Below are positions 60,460 to 64,000 of a stretch of DNA of 64,000 nucleotides, piece after piece. Made by a program: the position numbers and the translations under genes. This DNA is from Eledone cirrhosa (Eukaryota), in the NCBI GenBank assembly GCA_964016885.1, contig OZ024764.1:7316001-7380000 (forward strand). Reading direction: 5' to 3'. Positions within the stretch are counted from its first letter, which is position 1, and every line of letters starts with the position of its first letter. A model generated the notes under the pieces. The model was not told the origin of the DNA, searched no databases, and was given only the letters and a program-made list of their open reading frames with translations.

Positions 60460-61262
60460 TTTGTGACCAAAAGGGATCTTTATCAATTAGAAAAAGAGTC
60501 AAAATAGACGAGATGCAGTTAGGTTTCATACCTGGGAAAAGTACTACAGATGCCCTCTTTCTAGTGAGGCAAACTACAAGAGAGGTTCTTAACCAAAAAT
60601 AAGCCACTATACCTAGCTTTTGTTGACCTAGAAGAAGCATTTGACAAAGTACCCTGATCTATTATCTGGTGGTCCTTAAGGAAATTAGGTGTAGAAAAAT
60701 GGGGCTTGTGAGGACAGTGCAAGTCCTGTACAGAGGAGCTGTCAGTAAAGTGAGAGTAGAAAATGAGTTTAGTGACAAATTCAAGGTACAAGTAGGAGTT
60801 CATCAAGGTTCAGTTCTTAGCCGACTACTATTCATTATAGTCCTTCAAGCTATAACAGAGGAGTTTAAGACTGGCTGCCCATGGGAACTTCTCTATGTAG
60901 ATGATCTGGTCCTTAGAGCTGAATCCATTAAAGATCTAGCAAATAAGTTCCGACTATAGAAACAGAATTTAGAATCAAAAGCCCAAAGAGTAAACCTAGC
61001 CAAAACTAAAGTACTAGTAAGTAGAGAAGATAGGACCCTAATTCCTTCAGGGAAGTGGCCTTGCTCAATGTGTAGAAAGGAAGTAGGCAAAACTTCCATA
61101 CAATGTATACAAGAGCTGTCAGGAGGGTAAGACTTTGTTTGTAGAAGATCCACAGGGGTAACCGAGGGGAAGATAACCAGTAATGTAAGCCTATTCCAGT
61201 CACAGAAAGGACCAATAGAAGTGGTCGATAGCTTCTGCTATCTAGGCAACATAATTAGCAAT
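60460..61262 (+). mobile_element. Degenerate RTE RT fragment
   Basis: IDEMQLGFIPGKSTTDALF, GVHQGSVLSRLLFIIVLQAITEEFKTGCPWELLYVDDL. Confidence 0.88.
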
Positions 61263-61520
61263 GAAACCAGTAAAAGGCAGTGCCCCAGCATGGCCACAGC
61301 CTAACAACTGAAATCAGTGAAAGGCAGTGTCCCAGCATGGCCACAGTCTAACCACTGAAACCAGTAAAAGAAGGCAAAGTCACAGCATGGCCAGTCTAAC
61401 CATGGAAACCAGTAAAAGGCAGTGCCCCAGCATGGCCATTCTAACCACTGAAACCAGTAAAAGGCAGTGCCCCAGCATGGCCAGTCTAACCACTGAAACC
61501 AGTAAAAGGCAGTGCCCCAG
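61263..61520 (+). repeat. ~45-bp tandem repeat (5-6 units), SINE-tail-like
   Basis: Unit GAAACCAGTAAAAGGCAGTGCCCCAGCATGGCCAGTCTAACCACT. Confidence 0.8.
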
Positions 61521-63595
61521 CGTTTACTTACCTTCACTACCATCGACCAAGTAGTTACACCACATGTTTACTTGCCTTCACTACCAACTAGTTACACCAC
61601 GTTTACTTGCCTTCACTACCAACTAGTTACACCACATGTTTACTTGCCTTCACTACCATCTAGTTACACCACGTTTACTTGCCTTCACTACCAACTAGTT
61701 ACACCACATGTTTACTTGCCTTCACTACCAACTAGTTACACCACATGTTTACTTGCCTTCACTACCAACTAGTTACACCACATGTTTACTTGCCTTCACT
61801 ACCAACTAGTTACACCACGTTTACTTGCCTTCACTACCAACAAGTTACACCACGTTTACTTGCCTTCACTACCAACTAGTTACACCACATGTTTACTTGC
61901 CTTCACTACCAACTAGTTACACCACATGTTTACTTGCCTTCACTACCAACTAGTTACACCACGTTTACTTGCCTTCACTACCAACTAGTTACACCACGTT
62001 TACTTGCCTTCACTACCAACTACCATCTAGTTACACCACGTTTACTTGCCTTCACTACCAACTAGTTACACCACGTTTACTTGCCTTCACTACCAACTAG
62101 TTACACCACGTTTACTTGCCTTCACTACCATCTAGTTACACGTTTACTTGCTTTCACTACCAACTAGTTACGCCACATGTTTACTTGCTTTCACTACCAA
62201 CTAGTTACACCACATTTACTTGCCTTCACTACCAACTAGTTACACCACGTTTACTTGCCTTCACTACCATCTAGTTACACGTTTACTTGCCTTCACTACC
62301 AACTAGTTACACCACGTTTACTTGCCTTCACTACCATCTAGTTACACCACGTTTACTTGCTTTCACTACCAACTAGTTACGCCACATGTTTACTTGCTTT
62401 CACTACCAACTAGTTACACCACGTTTACTTGCTTTCACTACCAACTAGTTACACCACGTTTACTTGCCTTCACTACCAACTAGTTACACCACGTTTACTT
62501 GCCTTCACTACCAACTAGTTACACCACGTTTACTTGCCTTCACTACCAACTAGTTACACCACGTTTACTTGCCTTCACTACCAACTAGTTACACCACGTT
62601 TACTTGCCTTCACTACCAACTAGTTACACCACGTTTACTTGCCTTCACTACCAACTAGTTACACCACGTTTACTTGCTTTCACTACCAACTAGTTACACC
62701 ACGTTTACTTGCCTTCACTACCAACTAGTTACACCACGTTTACTTGCCTTCACTACCAACTAGTTACACCACGTTTACTTGCCTTCACTACCAACTAGTT
62801 ACACCACGTTTACTTGCCTTCACTACCAACTAGTTACACCACGTTTACTTGCCTTCACTACCAACTAGTTACACCACGTTTACTTGCCTTCACTACCAAC
62901 TAGTTACACCACGTTTACTTGCTTTCACTACCAACTAGTTACACCACGTTTACTTGCCTTCACTACCAACTAGTTACACCACGTTTACTTGCCTTCACTA
63001 CCAACTAGTTACACCACGTTTACTTGCCTTCACTACCAACTAGTTACACCACGTTTACTTGCCTTCACTACCAACTAGTTACACCACGTTTACTTGCCTT
63101 CACTACCAGCTAGTTACACCACGTTTACTTGCCTTCACTACCAACTAGTTACACCACGTTTACTTGCTTTCACTACCAACTAGTTACACCACGTTTACTT
63201 GCCTTCACTACCAACTAGTTACACCACGTTTACTTGCCTTCACTACCAACTAGTTACACCACGTTTACTTGCCTTCACTACCAACTAGTTACACCACGTT
63301 TACTTGCCTTCACTACCAACTAGTTACACCACATGTTTACTTGCCTTCACTACCAACTAGTTACACCACGTTTACTTGCTTTCACTACCAACTAGTTACA
63401 CCACATGTTTACTTGCCTTCACTACCATCTAGTTACACCACGTTTACTCGCCTTCACTACCATCTAGTTACACCACATGTTTACTTGCCTTCACTACCAT
63501 CTAGTTACACCATGTTTACTTGCCTTCACTACCATCTAGTTACACCACATGTTTACTTGCCTTCACTACCATCTACCAACTAGTTACACCACATC
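61521..63595. repeat. 35/37-bp satellite (~58 units)
   Basis: Unit GTTTACTTGCCTTCACTACCAACTAGTTACACCAC(AT). Confidence 0.95.
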
Positions 63596-64000
63596 TTCAC
63601 TTGATAACCACTATTATTACCATGACGCATAGAGTTACAGCCCTTGCCATTCTGAGTTCAAATCGCGCCGAGGTTGACTTTGCCTTTCATCCTTACGGGG
63701 TCGATAAAATAAAGTACCAGTAATGTGCCAAATGTAGAAACAATTATTACCATTTAATCTACAAAGTGTCAGCACAAATCTTAGATGTTCTCCTTTGTCC
63801 AATTATTCCTGAGAGGGTTGTGCGGATAGAGCCCTCAAACACTTCTTCTAGTGGGTCCTGTCAGAAACCGTCTTCAAAAGATCTCACTGGAGTTCCAAAA
63901 GAGACCAGCCAAGCTCACAGATGTTCTCCAACTATCTTGCTCATAGCTCTCTTGCTAGTTTGTTTTGCCCCCAAAATCTGTCCAGATTCTTTCCTGAGAC

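Overview
Eukaryotic, AT-rich, repeat-saturated DNA. It is most likely cephalopod (octopus-like), inferred from the [10 protein letters not shown]-type zinc-finger array, the SINE families and the RTE LINEs. Two host-gene pieces are supported: a minus-strand 17-finger C2H2 ZNF ORF (30202-31749) and the terminal coding exon of MCM4 (58033-58128, minus strand, absent from the ORF track). Most of the rest is nested transposons: many RTE LINE pieces (one with an uninterrupted 793-aa ORF), a CR1-type LINE, CRE-type and L1/Tx1 fragments, a TSD-flanked hAT/Buster element plus a deleted copy, a non-autonomous Helitron, MITEs and tRNA-derived SINEs. About a dozen tandem arrays are present, several traceable to pieces of those transposons, and one telomere-like array is bounded by inverted repeats. 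The least explained part is ~46-54 kb, a block of decayed, internally duplicated coding-like sequence with octamer-motif clusters. It contains a GC-rich ~163-nt element (47780-47942) with a Pol III B box, paired ends, an apical stem and a T5 terminator, architecturally like viral VA/EBER RNAs. All calls were made by eye; no searches or folding programs were run, and most repeat boundaries are approximate.
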